NCBI GenBank assembly: GCA_965222225.1
Contig: CBDCTK010000002.1
Span: 3,584,001-3,648,000 of the forward strand
DNA: 64,000 nt
Direction: 5' to 3'
Source of the DNA: Candidatus Poribacteria bacterium
GTDB lineage: Bacteria > Poribacteria > WGA-4E > JAJDTR01
Shown: piece after piece, positions 21,485-30,612 of the stretch
Layout: every line of letters begins with the position of its first letter
How positions within the stretch are numbered: position 1 is the first letter of the stretch
Notes under the pieces: model-generated
Seen by the model: only the letters and a program-made list of their open reading frames with translations
Databases searched by the model: none
What the model was told of the DNA's origin: nothing
Translations under genes and position numbers: made by a program

Positions 21485-22261
21485 TTATCCGGAGATATTC
21501 TCATCCAGAAATTCTCCAATTCTTTCGTGGTTTTCGGGTATGCCGATGAAGTAGTCGTTGCATACAGCGCGGAAGCGTGCAAACACTTTGCGACTAGTGG
21601 CGTCCGGATCTTTGAAAATGCCGAGAGAACGAAACGATATTCCCCACCGCTTGAATTCATACAATGCGATCGTCGCATCGCGAGTTTTATTATCATGAGG
21701 AAGAGCGTATACAAAAAGTGGTTGCGGCATACCGTTGATTCGACAATCTACTTTGTAAGTTCCTTCGGGATCATGACGTGGATTAAACCAGTCGAAAGTC
21801 GTGCGCTGTTCTGGCGCTTTTTCATGTATAAGAGAACGGAAGTCTTCTAAGAATGTGGATTGAACCCGTTCCCTCGACAAGTATGAAACGTCAATTATCT
21901 TGAGAAGTGCTTGGATGAACGAATACAGCGCATCGCCGTAACGACCATCCGACACATCAATTACCAATTCTCCGTCACGGTCTTCCACTTCAAACATGGA
22001 GAGCGCTCTTGAGATAATTTCCCCGCGTGTACCGCTATGAAGAGCCTTCTCATCTATCTCGTAGGTGAGGTGCATGTAGGTATGCGCTTCGTCGGTAAGT
22101 ATCCACTGACTACCCACCTTCTTCAGGACAATGACCAACTGATCGCCATCCTCGAACATAAAGGGGGTAAACACGCGGAAACGCTCTTCGCCATCGGCTG
22201 AGAGCCTAACCTTTGCCGAGACTTTAGCCATAAAGTCTTGTTCTATGATGTTGATGGGCAT
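21485..22261 (-). CDS. DUF1828-like protein with a C-terminal DUF1829/restriction-fold-like region
   Basis: RVFTPFMFEDGDQLVIVL..WILTDEAHTYMHL resembles the DUF1828 signature (from recall); C-terminal YKVDCRING.PLFVYAL. Confidence 0.7.
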   Translation of the reverse strand: MPINIIEQDFMAKVSAKVRLSADGEERFRVFTPFMFEDGDQLVIVLKKVGSQWILTDEAHTYMHLTYEIDEKALHSGTRGEIISRALSMFEVEDRDGELVIDVSDGRYGDALYSFIQALLKIIDVSYLSRERVQSTFLEDFRSLIHEKAPEQRTTFDWFNPRHDPEGTYKVDCRINGMPQPLFVYALPHDNKTRDATIALYEFKRWGISFRSLGIFKDPDATSRKVFARFRAVCNDYFIGIPENHERIGEFLDENISG

Positions 22262-22264
22262 TGC

Positions 22265-22738
22265 TTACACCTCCTCAAAAAGAGTCAACTGTAACTCAGA
22301 TGGTTCTTCAAAATTTGCGTCCTCGATTAGACACTGAAGGCCACTATCAAAGTCGTTGTACCGGTTCGTTACTTGTGCGTAGGCATCCTCAGCTAATCCA
22401 CGTTGCTGATATCGCTCTGTCGCGTAGTGAATGTGAAATCCATCAATCTCCTCTTTTTCGATTGAATTGTAGTGAGGATTGGTCCACCCATTGTAACGGC
22501 GGAGTCGAAATTGTCGATTTGACAGGGGAACGACAACTGTCAAGATTACTGAAAAATCCAATGGCTGGATGTCTTTGCGTCTGGCAATAATGTGGAATTT
22601 GTTTTCGTTGTCACCGGTGACAATCAATTCCCTTTTCTTATTGTTTGCTTTGAGTAGCGTATTGCGCCAGTTTACAGGCAAAACTTTGCGTTCCTGTATC
22701 AACGCTGCGATTTCCTGATCTGAATACGTAATATGCAT
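22265..22738 (-). CDS. Hypothetical protein with an RRYNG..H.N..FHIH motif (DUF6978-like partner of DUF1828)
   Basis: 157 aa ORF; stop 3 bp from the DUF1828 start; GGAGG RBS of the downstream gene lies in its 3' end. Confidence 0.7.
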   Translation of the reverse strand: MHITYSDQEIAALIQERKVLPVNWRNTLLKANNKKRELIVTGDNENKFHIIARRKDIQPLDFSVILTVVVPLSNRQFRLRRYNGWTNPHYNSIEKEEIDGFHIHYATERYQQRGLAEDAYAQVTNRYNDFDSGLQCLIEDANFEEPSELQLTLFEEV

Positions 22739-22801
22739 AGACGTTTTGACGTTTTAAGAAACGCTCGTGTTGCCCTGAAAGATTCTTTGAAGGCGTTTTT
22801 T

Positions 22802-23110
22802 TTAACAATAAGTGCGTTTGGCTTTGGGGGCCCGAGGTTTATAGATAGCTCTCAATTCCTCGGCAGGAAGCATTAAAAACAGTGCCATCGCTTTATTGTA
22901 GTCGCTATCATCTACCGATTTGAATCGAACCTTGCATCTTCTGGTAGACTTGGGGTGGGGTGGATCGAGGGACTGACAATGCATTTCTTCCGAGAATTCA
23001 TCTAAAAGTTCATCGGGCACAATGGATACTGTACCGCCGTAAATCGCTCGCACATTCAACACGTCATCTATGCTCATACTGTATTTGCACATGACACCAT
23101 TGCCGTTCAT
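22802..23110 (-). CDS. Hypothetical protein (orphan cargo)
   Basis: ATG at 23110 preceded by AGGGAG; co-oriented between hsdS and the DUF1828 pair; no motif recognised. Confidence 0.5.
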   Translation of the reverse strand: MNGNGVMCKYSMSIDDVLNVRAIYGGTVSIVPDELLDEFSEEMHCQSLDPPHPKSTRRCKVRFKSVDDSDYNKAMALFLMLPAEELRAIYKPRAPKAKRTYC

Positions 23111-23214
23111 TTTTTGTCTCCCTTTTTTGTTTTTACGGGTGTTCAAATTCAGCCATCCATTCGGTTGGATTCAGAATTTGGTAGCCCGGAGTTCGTAGTT
23201 TAACTTTTGATTGT

Positions 23215-24519
23215 CTAATCGCATTGGGGACCCACGTCAGGCCTCACTAATCGCACACGCCCCGTGAGAAGTTGCTGCATCATCCCCTGCTTGATGGCAC
23301 GAGTTTTGTCCCAACGCTGCTCCAACGCGCCAATCTCGGCATCCATGTCAGAGAGGACCGCGGCGATGACGACTTGCTCGTCAATGGGTGGAAGAGCGAC
23401 ACGAATCTTTGAGAATGCTGGCCATCTTAAACTACCCCGGCGATTAATGGAGGACGTGGTAGCATTAGCAAACTGTTGGCGGTAGGAATCAAGCTTCAGC
23501 AATCTGTGGAGGAAGAAACTATTAATGCCCTCCTTCGGTGAGCACACGACATAAATTGGGCTAACTAGAGCTACATCATAGAGATCCTGAAGTCCGATTG
23601 ATCCCTCTTCAACATGGTTTATGGGATAACCTATCTGTCCGCGTCTGATGATTTTGTAGCTACTCAGGTCTTTACTGAAGACTTGGTTCTTGAAGTAACT
23701 AAGCGAATCAACGAATCCCAGATGCTTAGAGCAGGTCAAAACCGGAATATCCGTGCCTAAATTGTTCTTCTCACTACATAGACTTACCACGTCGCCGATT
23801 TGATTCGTTTCCCATTCTCCGCTGAACCCCGGCAGGCGTATCCTGCCGGTTAGGAGTTGCTGCATGGCTGCCTGCTTGATTGCACGCTTTTTGGCAATGA
23901 GTGCATCCAACGCGCCAATCAACCCGTCCACATCCGACAACACCTCGGCGATGGCGTGTTGCTCAGCCCATGGCGGAATAGATAACTCAAGGGCAAAAAA
24001 TTGCCCTTTTGACATATTGTAGCGTGTAGAGCCTTGCGCGAGCACGTTCATAATGTCGCGTCCCACGGATCCTCTGAAATAATACGCTAGAAACAAGGGA
24101 AGATATTCCTTTTTATCATGAATCCGAAAGCCGAAGCAGAAACTGTTTAGGTATAGATTATCTAATTGCTGACCCATCACCGCACCAATTGCAAGATCGC
24201 CCGGTGTCTCCGATGAGGCGTTAAATAGCAAATCTCCTTTCAGAACCGAGTTCTGTGATTCGCCAGACCGAACATGAACAGAGGCCGTGTTGTGATCGTC
24301 AAGAATGACGTTTTCTAAAATGCCTCGAAATGTTACATATCGTGCGTTACCACCTTCAAAATCGGCTTTATTCTTACCAGACAACCCTCCGTAGACCGAG
24401 CCAATGGTTCCCATGCTTGTTTTTTTCCATGCATCGCTAAACCTCGACAAACGTGCATTGCTGTCAACTGTGTGTTGAGAATCATTCAGTATATGTGAAT
24501 GTTTGTTTGGGATACTCAT
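23215..24519 (-). CDS. hsdS: Type I restriction enzyme S subunit
   Basis: Two TRDs, each followed by P..EQ..IA.VLSD.D..I.AL...KQ..MQQLLTGR; ATGA overlap with the hsdM stop. Confidence 0.95.
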   Translation of the reverse strand: MSIPNKHSHILNDSQHTVDSNARLSRFSDAWKKTSMGTIGSVYGGLSGKNKADFEGGNARYVTFRGILENVILDDHNTASVHVRSGESQNSVLKGDLLFNASSETPGDLAIGAVMGQQLDNLYLNSFCFGFRIHDKKEYLPLFLAYYFRGSVGRDIMNVLAQGSTRYNMSKGQFFALELSIPPWAEQHAIAEVLSDVDGLIGALDALIAKKRAIKQAAMQQLLTGRIRLPGFSGEWETNQIGDVVSLCSEKNNLGTDIPVLTCSKHLGFVDSLSYFKNQVFSKDLSSYKIIRRGQIGYPINHVEEGSIGLQDLYDVALVSPIYVVCSPKEGINSFFLHRLLKLDSYRQQFANATTSSINRRGSLRWPAFSKIRVALPPIDEQVVIAAVLSDMDAEIGALEQRWDKTRAIKQGMMQQLLTGRVRLVRPDVGPQCD

Positions 24520-26981
24520 TTCCACTCAATTCCCATGTTCCTCATATGTCTGTTTATCTTTGCACTGAACTCTTCCACTACACCATCTAGTTGCGGCAAT
24601 GGCTGAGCGTAGCGCTCTTCTAGCTCTTTTACGCGACCGGTGAGTTGTTGTGTCAGGCGTTGCACTTCATCTTCAATCGAAGCTCGGATGCTCCCAAACC
24701 ACTTGTCTTGGACGACGATCGTCTCGATCTCCGCCTCAGTAAGCGTGGTGTAGCGAGCCAACACCTTCGTATCAAGTGCAAATTGGGCGTCTCTAGCCGC
24801 CTTGTCCGCTTTTGCCTTGGTCTCTAACAGGGACAGGCAACGTTCAAGGATGTCCCGTTCCTCGTCGGTATTCTCCTTGTCAAGGGGTGTCACCAAATCC
24901 GGCGTGATTTCATTCAGCCGCGCCTTCACGCCCGCCAGAGTGACGTTGCCTTTGTCGTTTACTACGTCCAGCAGCAAGCCCTCATCTCCGGTGTGCTCTT
25001 CAAAGAAATCCTCCAACGTGCTTTTGGCGTCTTCCTGCTCCGCACCCAACATATCAAGGACGTCCTGTTCAGCGGCGAAGTCGCGTGTCACAATCAGGGC
25101 TGGCGGAATTAGGTCCATCTTGTATTTCTTGCGTTTAATAATCAGGTCCGGGGTTTCTGTGATCTTCCGGTTCTTGTCCTCAATGACATCGCGAGGTTGG
25201 GCTGCCTGGAGCCACCCGTCCGCGGCGATGAGGTAGACGTCATCTTGCATCGTCTCGTCCCAGAAGTTCATTAGGCGCTGGTAAACATCGTACGGATTGA
25301 GCAGCGGCAGGTCCGCAAAACACGCGAGCAGTCCCTCCGACAGAGCATGAATAACTTCTTTGGGGGACGCCCCAACCTCAATGTCTAACAGCATTGGTTC
25401 ATGGGCATCCCGCCACGCGTTGAAGCTGGTGTACACGCGTTGTTGGAAAACGTTGAATTCATGATGATTGAGGATAGAGGTTTTCACGTGCCGTGTTTCC
25501 ACTTTAGGGTCGCTGTAGCCTGGTCTGCCGTTACCCTTGAACAATTCTCGACGTAACGAGGGAAAGATTGCCCAATAGTCCCCAAGTGCGTCAATGTCAC
25601 GATTGGGAATGCCGCCGTTTAGGTGAGCGTCAAGGTCGTGCAAATCGTCCGGATCGCTGGTATTGATATAGCGCGGAATGTTGAGGTTGTAATCGTTGGC
25701 AGGGTCGGCAATCTTGGATACCGGCACCATACGGGAATAGCCTTCCTGCTCGGTGCGCTTGTTAAAGACATCCACAATTTTGTGAATATCTTGGGCGCGC
25801 AGGCGGTTCTTGTTGCCGTCCTTGAGGAAGTCCTTGCTGGCGTCAATCATGAAGAAGCCTTTACGGGCATGGGCATTCTCCTTGTCGATGACCAGAATGC
25901 AGGCGGGGATGCCGGTACCGTAGAAGAGATTCGCGGGCAAGCCGATAATTCCCTTGATCATGCCTTGCCGGATGAGATTTCTACGGATATCCGCCTCCTT
26001 GTTGCCGCGAAACAGTACGCCGTGGGGAAGGATAATGGCGCCCTTGCCCCTGCTATTAAGCGACGCAATGAAGTGCAGGAGAAAGGCGTAATCACCGTTC
26101 TTAGCGGGCGGAATACCGTACACAAAACGTCCGTACTCGTCGTGAGCAGGGTTGAAGCCGGTATTCCATGCTTTGTCGGAGAAGGGCGGATTGGCAACCG
26201 CGAAGTCGAAGGTCTTTAAGCCGTTGCGTTGATTCTTGAAGTACGGGTCAGATAGTGTGTTGCCGTGCCAAATGTCAGCGGTCGGATTGTCGTGCAGAAA
26301 CATGTTCATTTGCGCGAGTGCGTAGGTGGCGTTGTCCTTCTCCTGGCCATAGATGGTGATGCCGCGTGGCGCTTCGTCGGCAGCTTTAAGCAGCAGCGAG
26401 CCGGAGCCGCAAGCGGGGTCGTAAATCGTTTGGTCCTGGCGGGTGTCGGCGCCGATGCCAATCACCTTTGCCATGATGCGAGAAACCTCGGCTGGGGTGT
26501 AAAACTGGCCCTTGCTCTTGCCCGATTCCGTGGCGAAGTGGCGCATGAGGTACTCGTAGGCATCGCCAAGCAGGTCGTCACCCTCGGCACGGTTAGCGCG
26601 GAAGTCGAGACTGTCGAATATGGCGACCAGCTTGGAGAGCCGGTCCGACATCTCTTTGCCGGTACCGAGTTTGCTCCGATCGTTGAAGTCCGCCTGATTG
26701 ATGACGCCCTTGAGGTCGTTTGCTTCGGCGAACTTGGCGATAATCACGTCAATCTTTTCGCCGATGTCCTTGTCGCCTTGAAGTTTAGCCATGTCGGCAA
26801 AACCGCCGCCATCAGGGATGTCAATGAGCGCGTCGGGCTGGGCGGCGTACTTGTCGGAGACATACTTCATGAACAGCAGCGTCAGGATGTAGTCCTTGTA
26901 TTGGGTGGCGTCCATGCCGCCGCGCAACTCGTCGCAGCTTTGCCAGAGCGAGGCGTAGATTTGGGATTTCTTCAGTGCCAT
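24516..26981 (-). CDS. hsdM: Type I restriction enzyme M subunit (N6-adenine methyltransferase)
   Basis: GQFYTP, YDPACGSGSLL, ANPPF, LPHGVLFRG. Confidence 0.97.
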   Translation of the reverse strand: MALKKSQIYASLWQSCDELRGGMDATQYKDYILTLLFMKYVSDKYAAQPDALIDIPDGGGFADMAKLQGDKDIGEKIDVIIAKFAEANDLKGVINQADFNDRSKLGTGKEMSDRLSKLVAIFDSLDFRANRAEGDDLLGDAYEYLMRHFATESGKSKGQFYTPAEVSRIMAKVIGIGADTRQDQTIYDPACGSGSLLLKAADEAPRGITIYGQEKDNATYALAQMNMFLHDNPTADIWHGNTLSDPYFKNQRNGLKTFDFAVANPPFSDKAWNTGFNPAHDEYGRFVYGIPPAKNGDYAFLLHFIASLNSRGKGAIILPHGVLFRGNKEADIRRNLIRQGMIKGIIGLPANLFYGTGIPACILVIDKENAHARKGFFMIDASKDFLKDGNKNRLRAQDIHKIVDVFNKRTEQEGYSRMVPVSKIADPANDYNLNIPRYINTSDPDDLHDLDAHLNGGIPNRDIDALGDYWAIFPSLRRELFKGNGRPGYSDPKVETRHVKTSILNHHEFNVFQQRVYTSFNAWRDAHEPMLLDIEVGASPKEVIHALSEGLLACFADLPLLNPYDVYQRLMNFWDETMQDDVYLIAADGWLQAAQPRDVIEDKNRKITETPDLIIKRKKYKMDLIPPALIVTRDFAAEQDVLDMLGAEQEDAKSTLEDFFEEHTGDEGLLLDVVNDKGNVTLAGVKARLNEITPDLVTPLDKENTDEERDILERCLSLLETKAKADKAARDAQFALDTKVLARYTTLTEAEIETIVVQDKWFGSIRASIEDEVQRLTQQLTGRVKELEERYAQPLPQLDGVVEEFSAKINRHMRNMGIEWK

Positions 26982-27176
26982 AGTTGGTTATCACCTTGCA
27001 ACATTGGAAACTGGGTAGAGCACGGAGCCCGACAGGTCTTTTCCGAAGTGCCGTTTCAGCACTCGACTAGGCATCGCTTCCTGCCGAATTGCTCCAATCC
27101 TCCCTATCCTCCGGGGACGATTGGCTTTCGTAACGAATGACGCATCCTTCCTGTCTTCAACTCCCCCATGTTCCAT

Positions 27177-27205
27177 ATTATATGCAGTCCGCGTATACCT
27201 GTCAA
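27177..27205 (-). promoter_or_regulatory. Consensus sigma70 promoter for the hsd operon
   Basis: Minus strand TTGACA-17 bp-TATAAT, perfect match. Confidence 0.8.
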
Positions 27206-27300
27206 TCTTTCATAGACCATGTGTCATGAACGTTGTTGCGAGGTAAAAATCTGGGTGATAGACTGAGGGAAGGGCGTCCTGGACTACGAAAATGCTGGTA

Positions 27301-27337
27301 GACACTCGCAGAGGACGGCCGCTGTGCCGTCCCTAAG
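27301..27337 (+). repeat. REP-like hairpin, right direct repeat bounding the type I RM operon
   Basis: gacactcgcagaggacggccgctgtgccgtccctaag; matches 17410-17446. Confidence 0.75.
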
Positions 27338-27447
27338 CACCGTTCGGCGATTATCGAATCACCGACTAAGTTGTGATTGAGGTTCGCGACGGCAGACGGG
27401 TCGCGACCTAGAGCTCGCTCCTACAGGAGCCGTGTGTGCGAAGGAGT

Positions 27448-27549
27448 GTTGGGTTTCACTAGCGATATCTGGTAGGTCAGTTTATTGGAAGAAAAATGGC
27501 TCTATTTGACCGTGGCAAACATTCACCTCTTACCGTTCAACCCAAACTA
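27448..27549 (-). repeat. REP/REPIN-like element, family B (GTAGGTTGGGTTGAA...AGTGAAACCCAAC)
   Basis: Same termini as 35895-35995; overlaps the stop of the GIY-YIG gene. Confidence 0.6.
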
Positions 27550-28082
27550 GGTACTTCACCTTCAATATTCTGTGTCCAATACACCAAATTATCAAAGGTC
27601 ATGGGGTAGTATAACCCGTCTGGCTTACCTTTAAATACCTGTTTCATTATCCTGCAGAAATCTCCATCCTTAAGAACACCTTGCGCTGCTTTAGCAACTG
27701 GCGCGAGGCTACGCAATGAGGGATTGAACACTTCAAAGGCTACAATTTCCGCTGCCCCTAAACGATTTTTATCTGAAAAGTCTTGGTGACACCACCAGCA
27801 GATATGGGAAACTTTATCCGGGTTAAGCACAGCAGCCGATACGCCGGTGACCACGCTGGAATTTCGTCTTATTATGTGGTCTCGGATTCGTTCTTTAAGG
27901 TTCCTACTACTACCAACGTATGCTACGTTTTGCGTGTAATCAGGATTCGTCGGTACGTCTTTGCCAAGTGAGAGCAAGTTATTATGATCATACATTGCGT
28001 ATATACCCGGTTTTTTTACCGGTATTGGACTTGTAGAGAAGGGATTTTTTGGAAAAGAACGCGCTTCAGATAAATCAATCAT
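27537..28082 (-). CDS. GIY-YIG nuclease family protein
   Basis: PGIYAMY...AYVGSSRNLKERIRDH...AAE. Confidence 0.75.
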   Translation of the reverse strand: MIDLSEARSFPKNPFSTSPIPVKKPGIYAMYDHNNLLSLGKDVPTNPDYTQNVAYVGSSRNLKERIRDHIIRRNSSVVTGVSAAVLNPDKVSHICWWCHQDFSDKNRLGAAEIVAFEVFNPSLRSLAPVAKAAQGVLKDGDFCRIMKQVFKGKPDGLYYPMTFDNLVYWTQNIEGEVPSLG

Positions 28083-28250
28083 GGCTTCGATGTCCTCCTA
28101 AGTTCGAGAGCCCTCAAGAGATGCAGGGGAGATTTTTGACCATCTGGTCTTTTTGGTTGACCGTTGAAAAAGTCGCTGGCGGATTCCGGTACCATGCAGA
28201 TGACGTGTTAGGTTTCAGTCGGATTTAGGTGTGGCACGTCGGGGAAGCAG

Positions 28251-28302
28251 GATTTCTATCGCACTGGGATCTCTGTCGCGGTAGTTATCCACTCCCGTGA
28301 TC
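28251..28302 (-). repeat. Family A repeat
   Basis: Reverse complement gatcacgggagtggataactaccgcgacagagatcccagtgcgatagaaatc. Confidence 0.6.
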
Positions 28303-28421
28303 TATTCGGTCGGTTAATCCCACGCTGGGGCTTTGATGTAGTGTGGCTCGGTTTGCAGCACACCTGCGCCGCGCTGGACTTTTAAATGCTGGTGCGCAAT
28401 GCGCACCTTACAAGAAATGGT

Positions 28422-28465
28422 GGGCAGGGGATCTCTATCGCACTCCTTAACCAGTCGCTTGATTC
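28422..28465 (-). repeat. Family A repeat, short form
   Basis: Reverse complement gaatcaagcgactggttaaggagtgcgatagagatcccctgccc. Confidence 0.6.
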
Positions 28466-28482
28466 CACCCTACAGGATTGTA

Positions 28483-30570
28483 CTAGAGGTCTAATTCGAC
28501 GGTGAGATTGCGTTCGGGGTCGTGGTAGCGGATGAGGCGTCCGACGGAGGATACCCAGAATAATTGACCTTCGACATTTAGTCGAAAGCAACTCAGCTCT
28601 TGGCCGTTGACGACAAGATCCTCGGCATCTTCGACGATGATTTGGAGCGAACGAAGCGTCGCATCCGGCGGATTGAGCAGATTCACTTCCCACTGCAACT
28701 CGGTCGAAAGTTCCTGTTGACGGAAGAGTAGGTCCCACCCCCAAAATGAGAGGTCCTCAATGAAATGGGGAACCTTCTCGACCCACATTTTGAATCTTTC
28801 ACCGCCCTTCCTGAATCGAAGACGAGTCCCTTCGCGGGTATATTCATAGGACATCTTCTCGCCGTTTACCTCCATCTCCGATTGATAAAACAGGGGTTTC
28901 CCATTAAGCGTGAGATAGAGACTTGATTGTGCATTGATTTGACCGAAGATGTCATCATTAAGCGATAATGCCCCCTCGATTTCATAACATTGGATGCCGT
29001 CATAGGTCAAAATTCGCTCGACGCGACTCGCGCTTTTGCCAATAGGTTGTCCGTCACGCTCAAACGAAAATTGGTTTCGTTCGCCGACTTGCAGCGGAAT
29101 AAAATCTTGCCACGTAATCATGGCGCTCTGAAAGTCTAATACTTCCATCTCGCCGGGTTTCGTTGCTAGTTGTCCATTTCCTCGCCACAAGGCGACGTGC
29201 GCCGCACCAACCCCTCCGGTCTCGCCCGTAAGGGAATCCATCGCCATCCAACCTTCGTCGCCCCCAATGCTTACCTCCACCCAGTGATGTTGAACAAATA
29301 CGCCGTTATTTGTGTACAATAGCCCCCCGAGAACGTTCGCGGGAATCCCAAGCGAACGAATCAACTCGACCGCAAGCCGGGATCTCGACAGTGCATCGCC
29401 GGATTTGTTTGAGAGGCATTCATCGACAGAAACCGTCCTCGGATTGTAGGCGATTTCTTGCGTCACCCAATGGACAACCGCTTTCGCCGCATCGTAGCTC
29501 GTGACCACTCCGGCGGCGATTTCCTTTGCTTTCGCTTGGATTTGTCCCAGAGATTCGTCTGCGTGGTCATCTTGAATCGGTCTCGGGCCTGGCGCCCGGT
29601 CAGAGCGTTGATACGACTTGACGTTAAGGACACCGAGAATATGCGTGGTGTCAGTGCCTGGGTGCGCCTTACCCTCAAACCACTGATTGGAAACATCAAG
29701 CCCCAATTTACCTGATACAGAAACTTGGAGGTCGAGGCGCATTTGCAGCGCGACAAGGTCAGCCGCAGCCCCAAGTTCTTGATTGACGGTGAGGCGAGGC
29801 AAATCGGGATTTTGACGCAGTGCCGCCAAACGGCTCTCGATTACATCTTGCATTGGCAGCACGGAGTTGTCCGCAAGTATAATTTCTGTCCTCTGTGAAG
29901 GGATATCCCATTTCACAATCCGCCGACTCTGTCTATCGTACCAGAAATCCATCGCCAACCCACTATTATGCGCTTGCAGCCAGTCGGTTTGGTAGGTAAC
30001 CTCCCCAACCGTAAGCTTTTCGCCGCCAGCCCACGTCAACCGTAATTCGACAGCTTTGGGCTGACGCGGCACGGCTAGCGGGATAAGAATATGAAAGGAC
30101 TGTGTGCCGCGTTTCCTGAAGTCAAACTGTCCGAGAAGGACATTGTAGTGGTCAATCCTGAAATTGTCGTCAACGAGATACGTCGGCGCGGACAGGGAAA
30201 TCTCGTTGTCGAAATTCTGTCCGCCAGCGACAATTTGTTGAGTTGCGATGTCCTTCTCAAACTTGGTATCAACTGTCGATTGAGTAAACCCATTGATGTA
30301 AGTGGAAAGGTGGTATTCAATCGGCAACTGCGTTTGAGAGTTGAGGCGGGTGTTGGCTTCCAGCTTGATCTTCTGGTTCAGTTCGCTTTGACCAATATTG
30401 AACAGCACGGTCGTTTGCATCGCCAGATCGTCGCCGACGGACTTCACCTCATAGGAGATGTAGCCGACGGGGTTGCCCGACATCTTGATTTGGTAGTACA
30501 CCTGATCCGCGTTCACGGACAGGGACAGAGACAACAACATCAAATGAACTATAACAGATAGATTTTTCAT
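28483..30570 (-). CDS. Exported transglutaminase-like domain protein flanked by beta-rich (DUF3108-like) domains
   Basis: Signal peptide; SGDALSRS...RSLGIPA...HHWVEV...GWMAMD. Confidence 0.75.
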   Translation of the reverse strand: MKNLSVIVHLMLLSLSLSVNADQVYYQIKMSGNPVGYISYEVKSVGDDLAMQTTVLFNIGQSELNQKIKLEANTRLNSQTQLPIEYHLSTYINGFTQSTVDTKFEKDIATQQIVAGGQNFDNEISLSAPTYLVDDNFRIDHYNVLLGQFDFRKRGTQSFHILIPLAVPRQPKAVELRLTWAGGEKLTVGEVTYQTDWLQAHNSGLAMDFWYDRQSRRIVKWDIPSQRTEIILADNSVLPMQDVIESRLAALRQNPDLPRLTVNQELGAAADLVALQMRLDLQVSVSGKLGLDVSNQWFEGKAHPGTDTTHILGVLNVKSYQRSDRAPGPRPIQDDHADESLGQIQAKAKEIAAGVVTSYDAAKAVVHWVTQEIAYNPRTVSVDECLSNKSGDALSRSRLAVELIRSLGIPANVLGGLLYTNNGVFVQHHWVEVSIGGDEGWMAMDSLTGETGGVGAAHVALWRGNGQLATKPGEMEVLDFQSAMITWQDFIPLQVGERNQFSFERDGQPIGKSASRVERILTYDGIQCYEIEGALSLNDDIFGQINAQSSLYLTLNGKPLFYQSEMEVNGEKMSYEYTREGTRLRFRKGGERFKMWVEKVPHFIEDLSFWGWDLLFRQQELSTELQWEVNLLNPPDATLRSLQIIVEDAEDLVVNGQELSCFRLNVEGQLFWVSSVGRLIRYHDPERNLTVELDL

Positions 30571-30612
30571 ACGGGAAAACTTTGATATGACAGAGTTTCA
30601 GCAAGGTTATGG

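Noticed and set aside
23215-24519. Phase-variable (shufflon-type) hsdS
   Set aside because: Only one hsdS, with no silent TRD cassettes, recombinase or long simple-sequence tract seen.
25623-27140. Long antisense ORFs over hsdM (likewise 37610-38491 over the ClpX-like gene)
   Set aside because: Shadow frames expected from codon bias on the coding strand; no motifs or RBS.
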